DNA of 64,000 nucleotides from Gammaproteobacteria bacterium (GCA_028819565.1 JAPPLD010000006.1:9299-73298); one strand, 5' to 3'; positions 39,492 to 52,622 are shown, numbered from the stretch's first letter. Notes: a model not told the origin generated them from the letters alone. A program made the numbers and translations.

Positions 39492-39521
39492 AGCCCGACA
39501 GGGTATACCCCTGCTCGGGCT
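39492..39521 (+). other. stable stem-loop immediately downstream of aprA (no U-tract)
   Basis: AGCCCGACAGGG-TATA-CCCCTGCTCGGGCT: a 12-bp stem with one bulge, 13 nt after the aprA stop. Confidence 0.3.
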
Positions 39522-39673
39522 ACGGCCGACTAGGCCAAAACTTCCATTTCTGTCAATACAAGGGGAGCCGCGGAAGCGGCTGTTTTTGACCCTGTCTGAT
39601 GACAGGAATGTGAACCCTCTAAAACAAAGTTTTTAGTTTCCCCATGTGCTATAATTCGCCGCCAGTTTTGGCG

Positions 39674-39710
39674 GGCCAGCATCCGACCACGGACGCTGGC
39701 CTGTTTTTAT
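39674..39710 (+). terminator. intrinsic-terminator-like hairpin + U-tract 30 nt upstream of rpsL
   Basis: GGCCAGC-(14-nt loop with internal CCG/CGG pairs)-GCTGGCC followed by TGTTTTTAT. A consensus TATAAT (39650-39655) lies just upstream. Confidence 0.45.
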
Positions 39711-39738
39711 AAATGAACGCCAATTCATTGATGACACG

Positions 39739-40119
39739 ATGGCAACAATTAACCAGTTGGTGCGCAAGCCGCGCAAACGCCCCACGAGCAAAAGCAACGT
39801 GCCGGCGCTCGCCCGTTGCCCGCAACGACGCGGGGTATGTACTCGTGTCTATACCACGACTCCAAAGAAGCCCAATTCCGCACTTCGCAAGGTCGCCCGC
39901 GTCCGTCTGACCAACGGCTTTGAGGTCACCAGTTACATCGGTGGCGAAGGGCACAATCTCCAAGAACACTCAGTCGTATTGATTCGCGGCGGTCGCGTCA
40001 AGGACCTGCCGGGCGTGCGTTACCACACGGTGCGCGGCAGCCTCGACACCCAAGGGGTGACGGATCGCCGACAAGGTCGTTCCAAGTACGGAACCAAGCG
40101 ACCCAAAGTCGGCGGCTAA
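39739..40119 (+). CDS. rpsL: 30S ribosomal protein S12
   Basis: [13 protein letters not shown]…; canonical. Confidence 0.97.
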   Translation: MATINQLVRKPRKRPTSKSNVPALARCPQRRGVCTRVYTTTPKKPNSALRKVARVRLTNGFEVTSYIGGEGHNLQEHSVVLIRGGRVKDLPGVRYHTVRGSLDTQGVTDRRQGRSKYGTKRPKVGG

Positions 40120-40614
<495 letters not shown>

Positions 40615-40618
40615 GACC

Positions 40619-42715
40619 ATGGCTCGCAAAACTCCTCTGCAGCGTTATCGGAATATCGGCATCATGGCGCACATCGATGCCGGCAAAACCACGACGACCG
40701 AACGCATCCTGTTCTACACCGGCATCTCGCACAAGATCGGTGAGGTGCATGACGGTGCGGCAGTGATGGACTGGATGGAGCAGGAACAGGAGCGGGGCAT
40801 CACCATCACGTCGGCCGCAACCACCTGCTTCTGGAGCGGCATGGCTGGCGACATGGACATGCACCGCGTCAACATCATCGACACACCCGGCCACGTCGAC
40901 TTCACGATCGAGGTCGAACGCTCACTGCGGGTGCTGGACGGGACCTGCGCGGTGTTCTGCGCGGTCGGCGGCGTCGAGCCGCAGTCCGAGACGGTCTGGC
41001 GGCAAGCCAACCGTTACGGCGTGCCGCGCTTGGCGTTCGTCAACAAGATGGATCGAGCCGGTGCCGATTTTGGGCGCGTCGTGGACCAGATTCGAGACCG
41101 CCTGCGTGCGGTTCCGGTTCCGATACAGCTGCCGATCGGGGCTTCGGAAGATTTCGTCGGGGTGGTCGATCTGATTGATCAGAAGGCGATTTACTGGAAC
41201 GAGAACGACATGGGTGCAACCTTCGAACTGAAGGATATCCCGGAGGACATGACTGCGGCATGCCACGAGACACGCGAGCACATGATAGAGGCCGCTGCCG
41301 AAGGCGACGACGAATTAATGGAGAAATACTTGGATGCGGGCGAACTGTCCCCGGAAGACATCCGCAAGGGACTGAGATTACGCACGCTGCGCAACGAGAT
41401 CGTGCCGGTGCTGTGCGGTTCCGCTTTCAAGAACAAAGGCGTGCAGGCGATGCTGGACGCGGTGGTGCACTACCTGCCATCGCCGCTGGAAGTCCCCCCC
41501 ATCAAAGGACACTTGGATGACGGCGAGGAGGCTGTGCGCGAATCGGACGACGAGGCACCGTTCTCGGCGTTGGCCTTTAAGGTTGCCACGGATCCGTTCG
41601 TCGGCACGTTGACGTTCTTCCGCGTATATTCCGGCATCCTGAATTCTGGAGATTCCCTGTTCAACCCGCGCAAGCATGACAAGGAGCGCATCGGGCGCAT
41701 CCTGCAGATGCACTCCAACCACCGCGAAGAAATCAAGGAAGTGTGTGCTGGAGACATCGCGGCAGCGGTCGGCCTCAAGAACGTGGTGACCGGCGACACG
41801 CTGTGCGCGTTGAATTCCCCGATCACGCTGGAGCGCATGGAGTTTCCGGAGCCGGTAATCTCCGTGGCGGTGGAACCCAAGACCAAGGTCGACCAGGAAA
41901 AGATGGGCGTGGCGCTGCAGAAGCTGGCGCAGGAAGACCCGTCGTTCCGAGTGTCGACGGACGAGGAATCCGGGCAAACCATCATCTCGGGAATGGGCGA
42001 GTTGCACCTTGAGATCATCGTCGACCGGATGCGCCGGGAATTCAGCGTCGAGGCCAATGTGGGCGCCCCGCAGGTCAACTACCGCGAGACCATCCGCAGG
42101 CCGATCGAACAGGAGGGCCGGTTCGTCCGCCAGACTGGCGGCCGTGGGCAGTACGGCCATGTCTGGCTGAAGATCGAGCCGCAGGAGCCGGGCAAAGGCT
42201 ACGTCTTCGAGAGCAAGATCGTTGGCGGCGTCGTACCCAAGGAATACATCCCGGCGGTGGGCAAGGGTGTCCAGGAACAGATGCAGAACGGCGTCATCGC
42301 CGGCTACCCGGTGGTGGACGTCCGGGTGACCCTGTACGACGGTTCCTACCATGAAGTGGACTCCTCCGAGACCGCATTCAAGGTGGCGGGCTCGATGGCC
42401 TTCCGCGAAGGTGCCCAGAACGCCGATCCGGTACTGCTGGAACCGATGATGAAGGTGGAAGTGGTGACGCCGGAAGATTACATGGGCGATGTGGTTGGAG
42501 ACCTCAACCGTCGCCGCGGCATTGTCGGCGGCATGGAGGATTCGCCGAGTGGCAAGGTGATTCGTGCCGAAGTGCCGCTCAAGGAAATGTTCGGTTATGC
42601 GACCGATTTACGTGGTGCGACCCAGGGTCGGGCCACCTACACCATGGAATTTGCGAAATATGCGGAAGTCCCCGGCAATCTCGCCGAGGACGTGATTTCG
42701 CGCAGCCAAACCTAA
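40619..42715 (+). CDS. fusA: elongation factor G
   Basis: [21 protein letters not shown]…; 698 aa. Confidence 0.97.
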   Translation: MARKTPLQRYRNIGIMAHIDAGKTTTTERILFYTGISHKIGEVHDGAAVMDWMEQEQERGITITSAATTCFWSGMAGDMDMHRVNIIDTPGHVDFTIEVERSLRVLDGTCAVFCAVGGVEPQSETVWRQANRYGVPRLAFVNKMDRAGADFGRVVDQIRDRLRAVPVPIQLPIGASEDFVGVVDLIDQKAIYWNENDMGATFELKDIPEDMTAACHETREHMIEAAAEGDDELMEKYLDAGELSPEDIRKGLRLRTLRNEIVPVLCGSAFKNKGVQAMLDAVVHYLPSPLEVPPIKGHLDDGEEAVRESDDEAPFSALAFKVATDPFVGTLTFFRVYSGILNSGDSLFNPRKHDKERIGRILQMHSNHREEIKEVCAGDIAAAVGLKNVVTGDTLCALNSPITLERMEFPEPVISVAVEPKTKVDQEKMGVALQKLAQEDPSFRVSTDEESGQTIISGMGELHLEIIVDRMRREFSVEANVGAPQVNYRETIRRPIEQEGRFVRQTGGRGQYGHVWLKIEPQEPGKGYVFESKIVGGVVPKEYIPAVGKGVQEQMQNGVIAGYPVVDVRVTLYDGSYHEVDSSETAFKVAGSMAFREGAQNADPVLLEPMMKVEVVTPEDYMGDVVGDLNRRRGIVGGMEDSPSGKVIRAEVPLKEMFGYATDLRGATQGRATYTMEFAKYAEVPGNLAEDVISRSQT

Positions 42716-42730
42716 ACCAGGAGAGAGACG

Positions 42731-43921
<1,191 letters not shown>

Positions 43922-43960
43922 CACTGACACATTTCGAATAACCGCAGACTGAATCGAACC

Positions 43961-44353
43961 ATGGCCGCACCGAAGAAGAAAGCCAGCCAACCGAAAACGG
44001 AAACTGCGGTCTCCGAGGCGGTTTCGGCTGCACCGAAGAAAGGGAAGGGCCGCTACAGCAGCTTGCGGCTGCGGCTGAAAGCGTTTGACCACCGGCTGGT
44101 GGATCAGTCGGCAAAAGAAATTGTCGAGACGGCGCGGCGCACCGGAGCTCAGGTGCACGGGCCGATCCCGTTGCCGACCCGGATGGAGCGATTTACCGTG
44201 CTGATTTCTCCGCACGTCGACAAGGATGCGCGCGACCAGTACGAAATCCGCACCCACAAACGCATGATCGACATCATCAACCCCTCCGAGAAGACGGTGG
44301 ATGCGTTGATGAAGCTGGATCTGCCTGCCGGCATCAATGTCCAGCTCAAATAA
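43961..44353 (+). CDS. rpsJ: 30S ribosomal protein S10 with ~30-aa Lys/Ala/Pro-rich N-terminal extension (start uncertain)
   Basis: The conserved S10 core begins at …[29 protein letters not shown]… There is no ATG/GTG and no good SD near the canonical start. The in-frame ATG at 43961 adds [30 protein letters not shown]. Confidence 0.85.
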   Translation: MAAPKKKASQPKTETAVSEAVSAAPKKGKGRYSSLRLRLKAFDHRLVDQSAKEIVETARRTGAQVHGPIPLPTRMERFTVLISPHVDKDARDQYEIRTHKRMIDIINPSEKTVDALMKLDLPAGINVQLK

Positions 44354-44365
44354 GAGGACGGAATC

Positions 44366-44995
44366 ATGAGCCTCGGCATCATTGGAACCAAAATCGGCAT
44401 GACGCGGCTGTTTCGCGACAGCGGCGAGTCCGTGCCGGTGACGCTGGTTTCGGTGGACGCCAACCGGGTGGTGCGCGTGAAGACCGGGGAATCAGACGGC
44501 TATGCAGCCGTGCAGATGAGCTACGGCACTCGCCCGGTGAAACGGATGCGCCGTCCGCTGGTTGGCGAGATTAAGCAGATTGGGTTGGAGACCGCCCGCG
44601 GCCTGAAAGAATTCAGGGTCGAGGCGGACGAGGAACTTCCGGAAGTCGGCGCCGAAGTGGGCGCGGACCTGTTCGAAGTCGGCCAGAAGGTCAACGTCAG
44701 CGGCACCACGATCGGCAAGGGTTTCGCCGGCACGATCAAGCGGCACAACTTCCGCGGCCAGGATCGTTCGCATGGCAATTCGTTGTCGCACCGGGTGATG
44801 GGTGCGACTGGACAGTGCCAGTTCCCGGGGCGCGTGTTCAAGGGCAAGAAGATGCCCGGGCGCATGGGCGGCAAGCAGGTCACCCAGCGCAACCTGGAAG
44901 TAGTTCAGGTCAACAGCGAAGAGCAACTGCTCTGGATCCGCGGTGCGGTTCCGGGCACCACCGGCGGACGGGTGATTGTCCGTCCGGCGCGGTGA
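44366..44995 (+). CDS. rplC: 50S ribosomal protein L3
   Basis: [16 protein letters not shown]…; canonical. Confidence 0.95.
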   Translation: MSLGIIGTKIGMTRLFRDSGESVPVTLVSVDANRVVRVKTGESDGYAAVQMSYGTRPVKRMRRPLVGEIKQIGLETARGLKEFRVEADEELPEVGAEVGADLFEVGQKVNVSGTTIGKGFAGTIKRHNFRGQDRSHGNSLSHRVMGATGQCQFPGRVFKGKKMPGRMGGKQVTQRNLEVVQVNSEEQLLWIRGAVPGTTGGRVIVRPAR

Positions 44996-45005
44996 GGGAA
45001 TGGAC

Positions 45006-45623
45006 ATGGAACTGAAGACTCGTGATACCCAGGCTGCCGTGACCGTCGCAGACGAGTGCTTTGACGTGGCATTTCACGAGGCGCTGGTCCACCAAGCAGT
45101 GGTGACCTACGCGCAGCGGGGTCGCCAGGGAACATCCGCACAGAAGAATCGTGCCGCGGTCCGTGGCGGCGGCGCCAAACCTTGGCGCCAGAAAGGCACC
45201 GGGCGAGCCCGGGCCGGAAGCATCCGCTCGCCGATCTGGCGCGGCGGAGGTGTGACACACCCGGCGACCAATCGCACGTACAACGCCAAGCTGAACAAGA
45301 AAATGTACCGCCACGCGATGCGTTCGATCTTCTCCGAACTGCTGCGCCAGGAGCGTCTGCACGTCGTGGAATCGTTCGATCTGCCGGAGCCGAAGACCCG
45401 GCTTGCGCGAGAGAAACTTGAAGAACTCGGCCTGACCAGCGTCCTGATTCTGGTCGAGCGCATGGAGCCAAACGTATTTCTGGCCGTACGCAACCTGCCG
45501 AATTACGATGCCTGCGAGGTGAACGCAGTGGATCCGGTATCGCTGCTGCGATATGAACATGTACTGGTGACCCGGTCGGCGCTGAGCCTTCTGGAGCAAC
45601 GTCTGGGGGGTGCGGCGTCATGA
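45006..45623 (+). CDS. rplD: 50S ribosomal protein L4
   Basis: Start MELKTRD… with SD GAGGGA 7 nt upstream. The ORF-track start at 44976 is an extension overlapping rplC. Confidence 0.93.
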   Translation: MELKTRDTQAAVTVADECFDVAFHEALVHQAVVTYAQRGRQGTSAQKNRAAVRGGGAKPWRQKGTGRARAGSIRSPIWRGGGVTHPATNRTYNAKLNKKMYRHAMRSIFSELLRQERLHVVESFDLPEPKTRLAREKLEELGLTSVLILVERMEPNVFLAVRNLPNYDACEVNAVDPVSLLRYEHVLVTRSALSLLEQRLGGAAS

Positions 45624-46084
45624 GCATGTTCGGAAAGATCAAGGGCCTCTTCAAGGGCAAGCCGAAGGAGGTGCCCGCCGAGGAAGTCAAGAAGGTCGAG
45701 AAGCCGGAGGCTGAGGACAAGCCAGTTGCGGCGAAGAAAGTCGCGGCCGCTCCGGCGAAGCCGGCCAAGCCGAAACCTGCCCCGGTTGTCGCCAAGAAGC
45801 CTAGCGAAGAACGCCTGAGCCGGGTGATTCTGGGCGCTCGGATGTCCGAGAAATCAGTGCGTCTGGCAGAAAACGAGCAGCATGTCTTTGAGGTGCTGAA
45901 GGATGCAACCCGCGATGAAGTCAAGCATGCAGTCGAGACGATGTTCGACGTAAAGGTTGACGGAGTGCGGATGGCCAGCGTTCGCGGCAAGGTCAAGCGC
46001 CAGGGCCGCCGCAGTGACTGGAGCAAGGCCTATGTGCGGCTTGCGCCCGGGCAGACCATCGAAGGCGCGGAGATTGGGGCATGA
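45620..46084 (+). CDS. rplW: 50S ribosomal protein L23 with ~55-aa Lys/Ala/Pro-rich N-terminal extension
   Basis: The ATG overlaps the rplD stop (ATGA). The L23 core (…[17 protein letters not shown]…[18 protein letters not shown]…) is preceded by [61 protein letters not shown]. No alternative start codon sits near the canonical L23 N-terminus. Confidence 0.9.
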   Translation: MSMFGKIKGLFKGKPKEVPAEEVKKVEKPEAEDKPVAAKKVAAAPAKPAKPKPAPVVAKKPSEERLSRVILGARMSEKSVRLAENEQHVFEVLKDATRDEVKHAVETMFDVKVDGVRMASVRGKVKRQGRRSDWSKAYVRLAPGQTIEGAEIGA

Positions 46085-46914
46085 CCGTCATCAAGGCTCG
46101 CCCGACTTCCCCCGGCCGCCGGTTCCGCGCCAGCGTCCGCACGCCGGATTTGCATCGCGGCAAGCCGCATCGGGCACTGGTTTCAGGCCAGTCGAAGACG
46201 GGGGGGCGCAATAATCAGGGGCGCATCACTACCCGCCACATCGGCGGTGGCCACAAGCAGCTCTACCGGACGATTGATTTTCGCCGCAACAAGGACGATA
46301 TCCCGGCCCGGGTGGAGCGGATCGAATACGACCCGAACCGCAGTTCGCACATTGCCCTGCTGCTGTATGCAGACGGGGAACGGCGGTACATCATTGCTGC
46401 CGAGGGCCTGAAGGCGGGGATGGAAGTGATGTCCGGCGACAAGGCGCCGATCTCCCCGGGCAATTGCCTGCCCTTGCGGAACATGCCGGTCGGCATCATG
46501 GTGCATTGCGTGGAGCTACGCCCCGGTGGCGGCGCCCGTCTGGCGCGCAGCGCAGGCACGTACGTTCAGTTGCTGGCCCGTGAAGGTGCTTACGCCACGC
46601 TGCGGCTGCGTTCCGGTGAGATGCGCAAGGTGCTGAGCGAGTGCCGCGCGGCAGTCGGCGAAGTGGGCAATGCGGAACATTCTCTGGCCAAGCTCGGCAA
46701 GGCCGGCGCGAAGCGCTGGCGCGGGGTGCGCCCGACGGTGCGCGGCGTGGCCATGAACCCGGTCGATCACCCGCACGGCGGCGGCGAAGGCAAGACCTCC
46801 GGCGGCCGTCATCCGGTCACCCCTTGGGGCGTGCCGACCAAAGGACACAAGACCCGGCACAACAAGCGGACCAATTACCTGATTGTCCGCCGCCGACACA
46901 AGAAACAACGGTGA
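46081..46914 (+). CDS. rplB: 50S ribosomal protein L2
   Basis: …[13 protein letters not shown]…; 277 aa. Confidence 0.97.
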   Translation: MTVIKARPTSPGRRFRASVRTPDLHRGKPHRALVSGQSKTGGRNNQGRITTRHIGGGHKQLYRTIDFRRNKDDIPARVERIEYDPNRSSHIALLLYADGERRYIIAAEGLKAGMEVMSGDKAPISPGNCLPLRNMPVGIMVHCVELRPGGGARLARSAGTYVQLLAREGAYATLRLRSGEMRKVLSECRAAVGEVGNAEHSLAKLGKAGAKRWRGVRPTVRGVAMNPVDHPHGGGEGKTSGGRHPVTPWGVPTKGHKTRHNKRTNYLIVRRRHKKQR

Positions 46915-46918
46915 TGCC

Positions 46919-47194
46919 ATGCCACGTTCACTGAAGAAAGGCCCGTTCATCGACCATCACCTGATGGCCAAGGTGCGCGAGGCCGTCGAAAACAACGACC
47001 GCCGCCAGATCAAGACCTGGTCGCGACGTTCCATGATCGTGCCGGAGATGGTCGGGCTGACGCTGGCCGTCCACGACGGCCGCCGGCATGTCCCGGTGCT
47101 GGTCAACGAGAACATGGTGGGACACAAGCTCGGCGAATTCGCGCTGACGCGCACATTCCGACAACATGCGGGCGACCGCAAGGCAAAGGCCTGA
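46919..47194 (+). CDS. rpsS: 30S ribosomal protein S19
   Basis: [15 protein letters not shown]…; the ORF-track start at 46883 is an extension. Confidence 0.95.
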   Translation: MPRSLKKGPFIDHHLMAKVREAVENNDRRQIKTWSRRSMIVPEMVGLTLAVHDGRRHVPVLVNENMVGHKLGEFALTRTFRQHAGDRKAKA

Positions 47195-47532
47195 TGGAAA
47201 CGCGTTGCGTCTCTCGCTACCAGCGCATCAGCCCGCGCAAATGCCGGCTGGTGGCCAACCAGGTGCGCAGCCTGCCGGTCGGGGAAGCCTTGGAAATCCT
47301 GCGCTTCTCGCCGCACAAGGCAGCGCAGTTGATGCGCAAGACCATGGAGTCGGCGTTGGCCAACGCGGAGCACAATCACGGTGCGGACATCGACCTGCTG
47401 CGGGTGAGCCGCGTGACGGTCGACGAAGGGCCGGTGTTCAAGCGCTTCCGCCCGCGTGCCCGGGGCCGGGTCGGAAAGATCCTGAAGCGCACCAGCCACA
47501 TCACGGTCGTGCTGAGCGACGCGGAGGAGTAA
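47194..47532 (+). CDS. rplV: 50S ribosomal protein L22
   Basis: [25 protein letters not shown]…. Confidence 0.95.
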   Translation: METRCVSRYQRISPRKCRLVANQVRSLPVGEALEILRFSPHKAAQLMRKTMESALANAEHNHGADIDLLRVSRVTVDEGPVFKRFRPRARGRVGKILKRTSHITVVLSDAEE

Positions 47533-47534
47533 GC

Positions 47535-48194
47535 ATGGGACAGAAAGTCAATCCGATCGGATTCCGCCTCGGCATCATGACCGACTGGAACTCGAACTGG
47601 TACGCAGAGGGCACCGAATACCGCGACCAGCTCAACAACGACCTCATGGTTCGCGATTTCCTGCGCCACAAGTTGGCACAGGCTTCGGTCAGCCGTATCC
47701 GGATCGAGCGGCGCAACGACACGGCCGAGATCACCATCCATACGGCCCGTCCCGGAATCGTGATCGGCAAGAAGGGCAACGATATTGAGATCCTGCGCCG
47801 CGAAGTTGCGCAGATGATGGGTCTGGCTCTCGGCACGGTCAAGATCAACATCGATGAGATTCACAACCCGGAAGTGGATGCCCACCTGGTGGCCGAGAGT
47901 GTCGCCCAGCAGTTGGAAGGGCGCATCATGTACCGGCGCGCCATGAAGCGGGCCGTGCAGAACGCCATGCGGCTTGGTGTCCAGGGAATCAAGCTGAACG
48001 TGGCCGGGCGTCTCAATGGCGCCGAGATCGCGCGCAGCGAATGGTGCCGCGAAGGCCGGGTTCCGCTGCATACCCTGCGCGCGGACATTGATTACGGATT
48101 CGCCGAGGCGCGGACCACCTACGGCATTATCGGTGTCAAGGCCTGGATCTTCAACGGCGAGATTGGCGGGCCGGATGGGCCAATCGGCAAGTAA
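47535..48194 (+). CDS. rpsC: 30S ribosomal protein S3
   Basis: [14 protein letters not shown]… starting 3 nt after the rplV stop. The long ORF-track entry 47166-48194 is an artefactual extension. Confidence 0.95.
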   Translation: MGQKVNPIGFRLGIMTDWNSNWYAEGTEYRDQLNNDLMVRDFLRHKLAQASVSRIRIERRNDTAEITIHTARPGIVIGKKGNDIEILRREVAQMMGLALGTVKINIDEIHNPEVDAHLVAESVAQQLEGRIMYRRAMKRAVQNAMRLGVQGIKLNVAGRLNGAEIARSEWCREGRVPLHTLRADIDYGFAEARTTYGIIGVKAWIFNGEIGGPDGPIGK

Positions 48195-48208
48195 CGGAGA
48201 CCGCCGCC

Positions 48209-48622
48209 ATGATGCAACCCAAGCGCACCCGCTACCGCAAGCAGCAGAAAGGCCGCAACCGGGGCCTGTCGCAGCGTGGGAGCAAGGTCAGCTTCGGTGA
48301 GTACGGCCTGAAGGCGACCACTGGAGGGCGCCTGACTGCTCGCCAGATCGAGGCGGCTCGGCGGGCCATGACCCGTCACATCCGGCGCGGGGGCAAGATC
48401 TGGATCCGGGTGTTCCCGGATGTTCCGGTGACCAAGAAGCCGCTGGAGTCGCGTCAGGGCAAGGGCAAGGGCAACGTCGAGTACTGGGTCGCCAAGATCC
48501 AGCCGGGTCGCATGCTTTATGAAATCGAAGGCGTCCAGGAAGACCTGGCGCGCGAGGCATTTCGCCGCGCTGCCGCCAAGCTTCCGGTTCAGACCACCTT
48601 CGCGCACCGGACGCTGGCCTGA
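48209..48622 (+). CDS. rplP: 50S ribosomal protein L16
   Basis: [19 protein letters not shown]…. Confidence 0.95.
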   Translation: MMQPKRTRYRKQQKGRNRGLSQRGSKVSFGEYGLKATTGGRLTARQIEAARRAMTRHIRRGGKIWIRVFPDVPVTKKPLESRQGKGKGNVEYWVAKIQPGRMLYEIEGVQEDLAREAFRRAAAKLPVQTTFAHRTLA

Positions 48623-48822
48623 TGGATATGCAGGCCCTGCGCGCGAAAGATGACGCGGAACTGCGTGCCGAACTGTTGCGCCTTCGGCGCAGTGAGTTCG
48701 AGATGCGGATGCAAGTGCGCATTGGGCAGTTGGCGCGCAACCACTCCTTCCAGGAGGCACGTCGCGACATCGCCCGGATCAAGACATTGATGACGGAACG
48801 TCGTCAGGGAGAAAAGGAATGA
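48622..48822 (+). CDS. rpmC: 50S ribosomal protein L29
   Basis: 66 aa; …LRAKDDAELRAELLRLRRSEFEMRMQ…. Confidence 0.9.
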   Translation: MDMQALRAKDDAELRAELLRLRRSEFEMRMQVRIGQLARNHSFQEARRDIARIKTLMTERRQGEKE

Positions 48823-49082
48823 GCGAGAAGATCCGCTCCGTGATTGGCCAGGTGATCAGCGACCGCATGGATAAAACCGCGTCGGTCGAGGTGGTGCGTC
48901 AGCTCCGCCATCCCCTGTACGGCAAGTACATTCGCCGGTCGACCAAAATCCTGGTGCACGACGAGGAGAACCAGGCTCGCATCGGCGACCGCGTGCGGAT
49001 TCGCGAATGTCGCCCGCACTCCAAGCACAAGGCCTGGGAACTGGTCGAGGTCCTTGAGGCGGCGACGGAGGGGCAATCGTGA
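48819..49082 (+). CDS. rpsQ: 30S ribosomal protein S17
   Basis: …[34 protein letters not shown]…. Confidence 0.95.
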   Translation: MSEKIRSVIGQVISDRMDKTASVEVVRQLRHPLYGKYIRRSTKILVHDEENQARIGDRVRIRECRPHSKHKAWELVEVLEAATEGQS

Positions 49083-49447
49083 TCCAGGTCGAGACCATGC
49101 TGGATGCGGCCGACAACAGCGGCGCGCGCAAGGTGCAGTGCATCAAGGTGCTGGGCGGATCCCGTCGGCGCTATGCGCGGATTGGCGACGTAATCAAGGT
49201 CAGCGTCAAGGATGCAATCCCGCGCGGCAAGGTGCGCAAGGGTGAAGTGCTGAACGCGGTGGTGGTGCGCACGGCGCACGGCGTCCGGCGCGGTGACGGT
49301 TCGTTGATTCGCTTCGATCGCAACGCTGCCGTACTGCTGAACAACCAGATGCAGCCGATCGGTACGCGCGTGTTCGGCCCGGTCACCCGGGAATTGCGTT
49401 CGGAGAGATTCATGAAGATCATTTCACTGGCACCGGAGGTGCTGTGA
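49079..49447 (+). CDS. rplN: 50S ribosomal protein L14
   Basis: [27 protein letters not shown]…. Confidence 0.97.
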   Translation: MIQVETMLDAADNSGARKVQCIKVLGGSRRRYARIGDVIKVSVKDAIPRGKVRKGEVLNAVVVRTAHGVRRGDGSLIRFDRNAAVLLNNQMQPIGTRVFGPVTRELRSERFMKIISLAPEVL

Positions 49448-49453
49448 GGAATC

Positions 49454-49771
49454 ATGAACAGGATCCGCAAAGGCGATACGGTCGTAGTCATGGTCGGCAA
49501 GGATCGAGGCCGGCAGGGTACGGTCCTGCGCATGCTGTCGGGCAACCGGGTGGTAGTAGAAGGCCTGAATCTGGTGAAGCGGCACACCAAGCCGAATCCG
49601 CAGGCTGGCCTGCAGGGCGGCATTGTCGAGCGCGAAGCGCCGCTGGATCTTTCCAACGTGCAGATCTACAACCCGACCACCCAGCGTCCGGACCGGGTCG
49701 GTTTCCGCAGCCTGGAAGACGGGCGCAAGGTTCGCTTCTTCAAGTCCAACGACGAAGTCATCGACATCTGA
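49454..49771 (+). CDS. rplX: 50S ribosomal protein L24
   Basis: [24 protein letters not shown]…. Confidence 0.95.
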   Translation: MNRIRKGDTVVVMVGKDRGRQGTVLRMLSGNRVVVEGLNLVKRHTKPNPQAGLQGGIVEREAPLDLSNVQIYNPTTQRPDRVGFRSLEDGRKVRFFKSNDEVIDI

Positions 49772-49778
49772 GGTTGCC

Positions 49779-50318
49779 ATGGCCCGTCTGAAGCAGCAAT
49801 ACCTGGAAGAGATTCGCCCCCAGTTGCAGGAGGAGCTCGGGGTGAACAGCCCGATGGCCGTTCCCCGGATCGAGAAGATCACCCTGAACATGGGATTGGG
49901 CGCGAGTGCGCGCGACAAGAAGATCATCCAAAACGCGTTGGACGACCTGAAGCGCATCACCAGCCAGACGCCGGTGGTGACCCGGGCGCGCAAGTCGGTG
50001 GCCGGATTCTCCATCCGAGACGGTTGGCCGGTCGGTTGCCGGGTGACGCTGCGCCGAACCCTGATGTACGAGTTCCTGGATCGGTTGATCAACATCGTGA
50101 TCCCCCGGATGCGCGATTTTCGCGGATTGTCGGTGCGTTCCTTCGATGGGCGCGGCAATTACAGCATGGGCATCCCCGAGCAGATCGTCTTTCCCGAGAT
50201 CGACTACGACACGATCGACCAGATGCGGGGACTGGACGTGACCATTACCACCAATGCGCGCGATGACGCCCAAGCCGAGGCACTGATGCGCGCGTTCAAA
50301 TTTCCCCTGCGGAGTTGA
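49779..50318 (+). CDS. rplE: 50S ribosomal protein L5
   Basis: [19 protein letters not shown]…; the ORF-track start at 49623 is an extension. Confidence 0.95.
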   Translation: MARLKQQYLEEIRPQLQEELGVNSPMAVPRIEKITLNMGLGASARDKKIIQNALDDLKRITSQTPVVTRARKSVAGFSIRDGWPVGCRVTLRRTLMYEFLDRLINIVIPRMRDFRGLSVRSFDGRGNYSMGIPEQIVFPEIDYDTIDQMRGLDVTITTNARDDAQAEALMRAFKFPLRS

Positions 50319-50321
50319 AGC

Positions 50322-50627
50322 ATGGCCAAAGTCAGCATGATTCAGAGAGACCGCCGGCGCCAGCGCTTGGTGCGCAGTTATGCCAAGCGTCGCGTTGCCG
50401 CGCGTGCCACTATCAAGGACCCGAACAGCACGCTGGAGCAGCGTCTGGCCGCCCAGGAGACGCTGCAGAAGATGCCGCGGGACTCCTCGCCGATCCGCTT
50501 GCGCAACCGGTGCAGCATTACCGGTCGGCCACGGGGCTATTACCGCCGCTTCGGCCTGGGACGCAACAAGCTCCGCGAGGCCGCCATGCGCGGCGACATC
50601 CCGGGCCTGACCAAGGCCAGCTGGTGA
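50322..50627 (+). CDS. rpsN: 30S ribosomal protein S14
   Basis: [17 protein letters not shown]…; 101 aa. Confidence 0.95.
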   Translation: MAKVSMIQRDRRRQRLVRSYAKRRVAARATIKDPNSTLEQRLAAQETLQKMPRDSSPIRLRNRCSITGRPRGYYRRFGLGRNKLREAAMRGDIPGLTKASW

Positions 50628-50637
50628 GGACAAGGCC

Positions 50638-51033
50638 ATGAGCATGCAAGATCCGATCGCCGATATGCTGACCCGCATCCGCAATGCCCAACAGGCTCGG
50701 CATGAGACGGTGGAAATGGAATATTCGAAGCACCGCGAGTCGATCGTTCGGGTGCTGCGCGACGAGGGCTACCTCACCGGTTACGAGGTCGAGGAGGGCC
50801 AGCCGTGCAATATCCTTCGGGTCACCTTGAAGTACCACGAAGAAAAACCGGTGATCGACCGTTTGCGCCGAGTCAGCCGCCCTGGCTTGAGAGTCTATCG
50901 CGGCGCACGCGATTTGCCGTGGATCCGGGGAGGTCTGGGCATTGCGGTGGTGTCGACTTCGCACGGCGTCATGTCCGACCATGAGGCTCGAAAGGGTGGA
51001 CATGGCGGCGAGATCCTCTGCACCGTGGAGTAA
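50638..51033 (+). CDS. rpsH: 30S ribosomal protein S8
   Basis: MSMQDPIADMLTRIRNAQQA…. Confidence 0.95.
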   Translation: MSMQDPIADMLTRIRNAQQARHETVEMEYSKHRESIVRVLRDEGYLTGYEVEEGQPCNILRVTLKYHEEKPVIDRLRRVSRPGLRVYRGARDLPWIRGGLGIAVVSTSHGVMSDHEARKGGHGGEILCTVE

Positions 51034-51036
51034 ACG

Positions 51037-51561
51037 ATGTCGCGTATTGCCAGCCGCCCCATTCCACTGCCGGACAAGGTCGAATTCACCTTGGCCGACC
51101 GGCAGGTGACGGTCAAGGGGCCGAAGGGCGAGCTTTCGCTGCAGTTGGCGGATTCGGTCAGCGTGCGCGAAGAGGACCGCGTGGTGTACTTCGATGCGCC
51201 TCCGGAAGCGTCCGCGTTGGCGGGGACGATGAATTCCCTGCTGACGAACAACATCAAGGGCGTCCAGGAAGGCTACTCGAAGAAGCTGGAGTTGGTCGGC
51301 GTCGGCTATCGGGCGCAGATGCGGGGACAGGCGTTGAACCTGAACCTCGGCTTTTCGCACCCGATCAACTACAACGCGCCCGAGGGCGTGACCCTGCAGA
51401 CCCCCAGTCAGACCGAAGTGGTGGTGTCCGGGATCGACAAACAGAAGGTCGGCCAAGTGGCGGCGGAAATTCGTGCCTACCGGCCGCCGGAACCGTACAA
51501 GGGCAAGGGCGTGCGCTACAGCGACGAGCGGGTGCTGCGAAAGGAGGCGAAGAAGAAATGA
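51037..51561 (+). CDS. rplF: 50S ribosomal protein L6
   Basis: MSRIASRPIPLPDKVEFTLADRQVTVKGPKGEL…. Confidence 0.95.
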   Translation: MSRIASRPIPLPDKVEFTLADRQVTVKGPKGELSLQLADSVSVREEDRVVYFDAPPEASALAGTMNSLLTNNIKGVQEGYSKKLELVGVGYRAQMRGQALNLNLGFSHPINYNAPEGVTLQTPSQTEVVVSGIDKQKVGQVAAEIRAYRPPEPYKGKGVRYSDERVLRKEAKKK

Positions 51562-51914
51562 GCCGTCTCGACCAAGTTCGCGGCCGGCGGATGCGCCGGG
51601 TTCGCACCCGGCTGGAGGATTCCAGCCGGTACCGGATGACCGTGCATCGCACCGAGCGGCACGTGTATGCCCAGGTGCTCAGCCCGGACGGCGCCCAGGT
51701 GATTGCCCAGGCATCGACCCTGAGCCCGGAGTTGCGCAAAAAGCTCAAAGCCACCGGCAATTGCGAAGCAGCTGGGCAGGTCGGGCGCATGGTGGCGGAA
51801 CGGGCACTAAAAGCGAAGGTGGAAGAGGTCTGGTTCGACCGCGGACGATTCCGCTATCACGGCCGCGTGCGCGCGCTGGCGGAAGCCGCGCGGGAAGCGG
51901 GGCTCAAGTTCTGA
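51558..51914 (+). CDS. rplR: 50S ribosomal protein L18
   Basis: …[29 protein letters not shown]…. Confidence 0.93.
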   Translation: MSRLDQVRGRRMRRVRTRLEDSSRYRMTVHRTERHVYAQVLSPDGAQVIAQASTLSPELRKKLKATGNCEAAGQVGRMVAERALKAKVEEVWFDRGRFRYHGRVRALAEAAREAGLKF

Positions 51915-51924
51915 GGAGATAAGA

Positions 51925-52455
51925 ATGGCGACGAATCTTGAAGTTCTGCAAGGCAGCGAAGAGCTGGTCGAGAAAATGGTCGCGGTCAACCGCGTGGCCA
52001 AGGTCGTCAAGGGCGGCCGGCAGTTCGGCTTCACCGCGCTGACCGTGGTCGGCGACCGCAACGGCCGCGTCGGAGTCGGTTACGGCAAGGCGCGTGAAGT
52101 GCCGCTGGCCATCCAGAAGAGCATGGAGAAAGCGCGGCGGTCTATGATCACAGTGCCGCTTCGCGATGGCACTCTGTACTATCCGGTCACCGGCACGCAC
52201 GGCGCGGCGCGAGTCTACATGCAGCCCGCCTCCGAGGGTACCGGAATTATCGCCGGTGGACCCATGCGCGCCGTCTTCGAAGTGCTTGGCGTGCACAACG
52301 TGCTGGCCAAGTGCATTGGCTCGCGCAACCCGATCAACACCGTCTACGCCACCCTCAAGGGGTTGCAGTCCATCCAGTCGCCGGAACAAGTGGCCGAGAA
52401 ACTCGGCAAGTCGACGACCGAAATAAAGGAACGCATGCAATGGCAAAAAGCCTGA
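51925..52455 (+). CDS. rpsE: 30S ribosomal protein S5
   Basis: …[42 protein letters not shown]…. Confidence 0.97.
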   Translation: MATNLEVLQGSEELVEKMVAVNRVAKVVKGGRQFGFTALTVVGDRNGRVGVGYGKAREVPLAIQKSMEKARRSMITVPLRDGTLYYPVTGTHGAARVYMQPASEGTGIIAGGPMRAVFEVLGVHNVLAKCIGSRNPINTVYATLKGLQSIQSPEQVAEKLGKSTTEIKERMQWQKA

Positions 52456-52622
52456 AGGTCACTCTGGTGAAGAGCCTGATTGGCCGCTTGCCGGATCACC
52501 GGGCCTGCGTGCGCGGCCTGGGCCTGCGTCGCCTGCACCAGACCGTCGAAGTGCAGGATACGCCGCAGAACCGCGGCATGGTACGCAAGGTCAACTACCT
52601 GCTTGAAGTGGAGGAGAACTGA
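52440..52622 (+). CDS. rpmD: 50S ribosomal protein L30
   Basis: [22 protein letters not shown]…; the start overlaps the rpsE 3' end. Confidence 0.9.
   Translation: MAKSLKVTLVKSLIGRLPDHRACVRGLGLRRLHQTVEVQDTPQNRGMVRKVNYLLEVEEN

Noticed and set aside
39650-39655. TATAAT upstream of the rpsL-leader hairpin considered as the definitive str operon promoter.
   Set aside because: The -35 is poor (only an AT-rich UP-like region), and the hairpin could equally be the apr terminator. Kept only as a candidate within the terminator finding.
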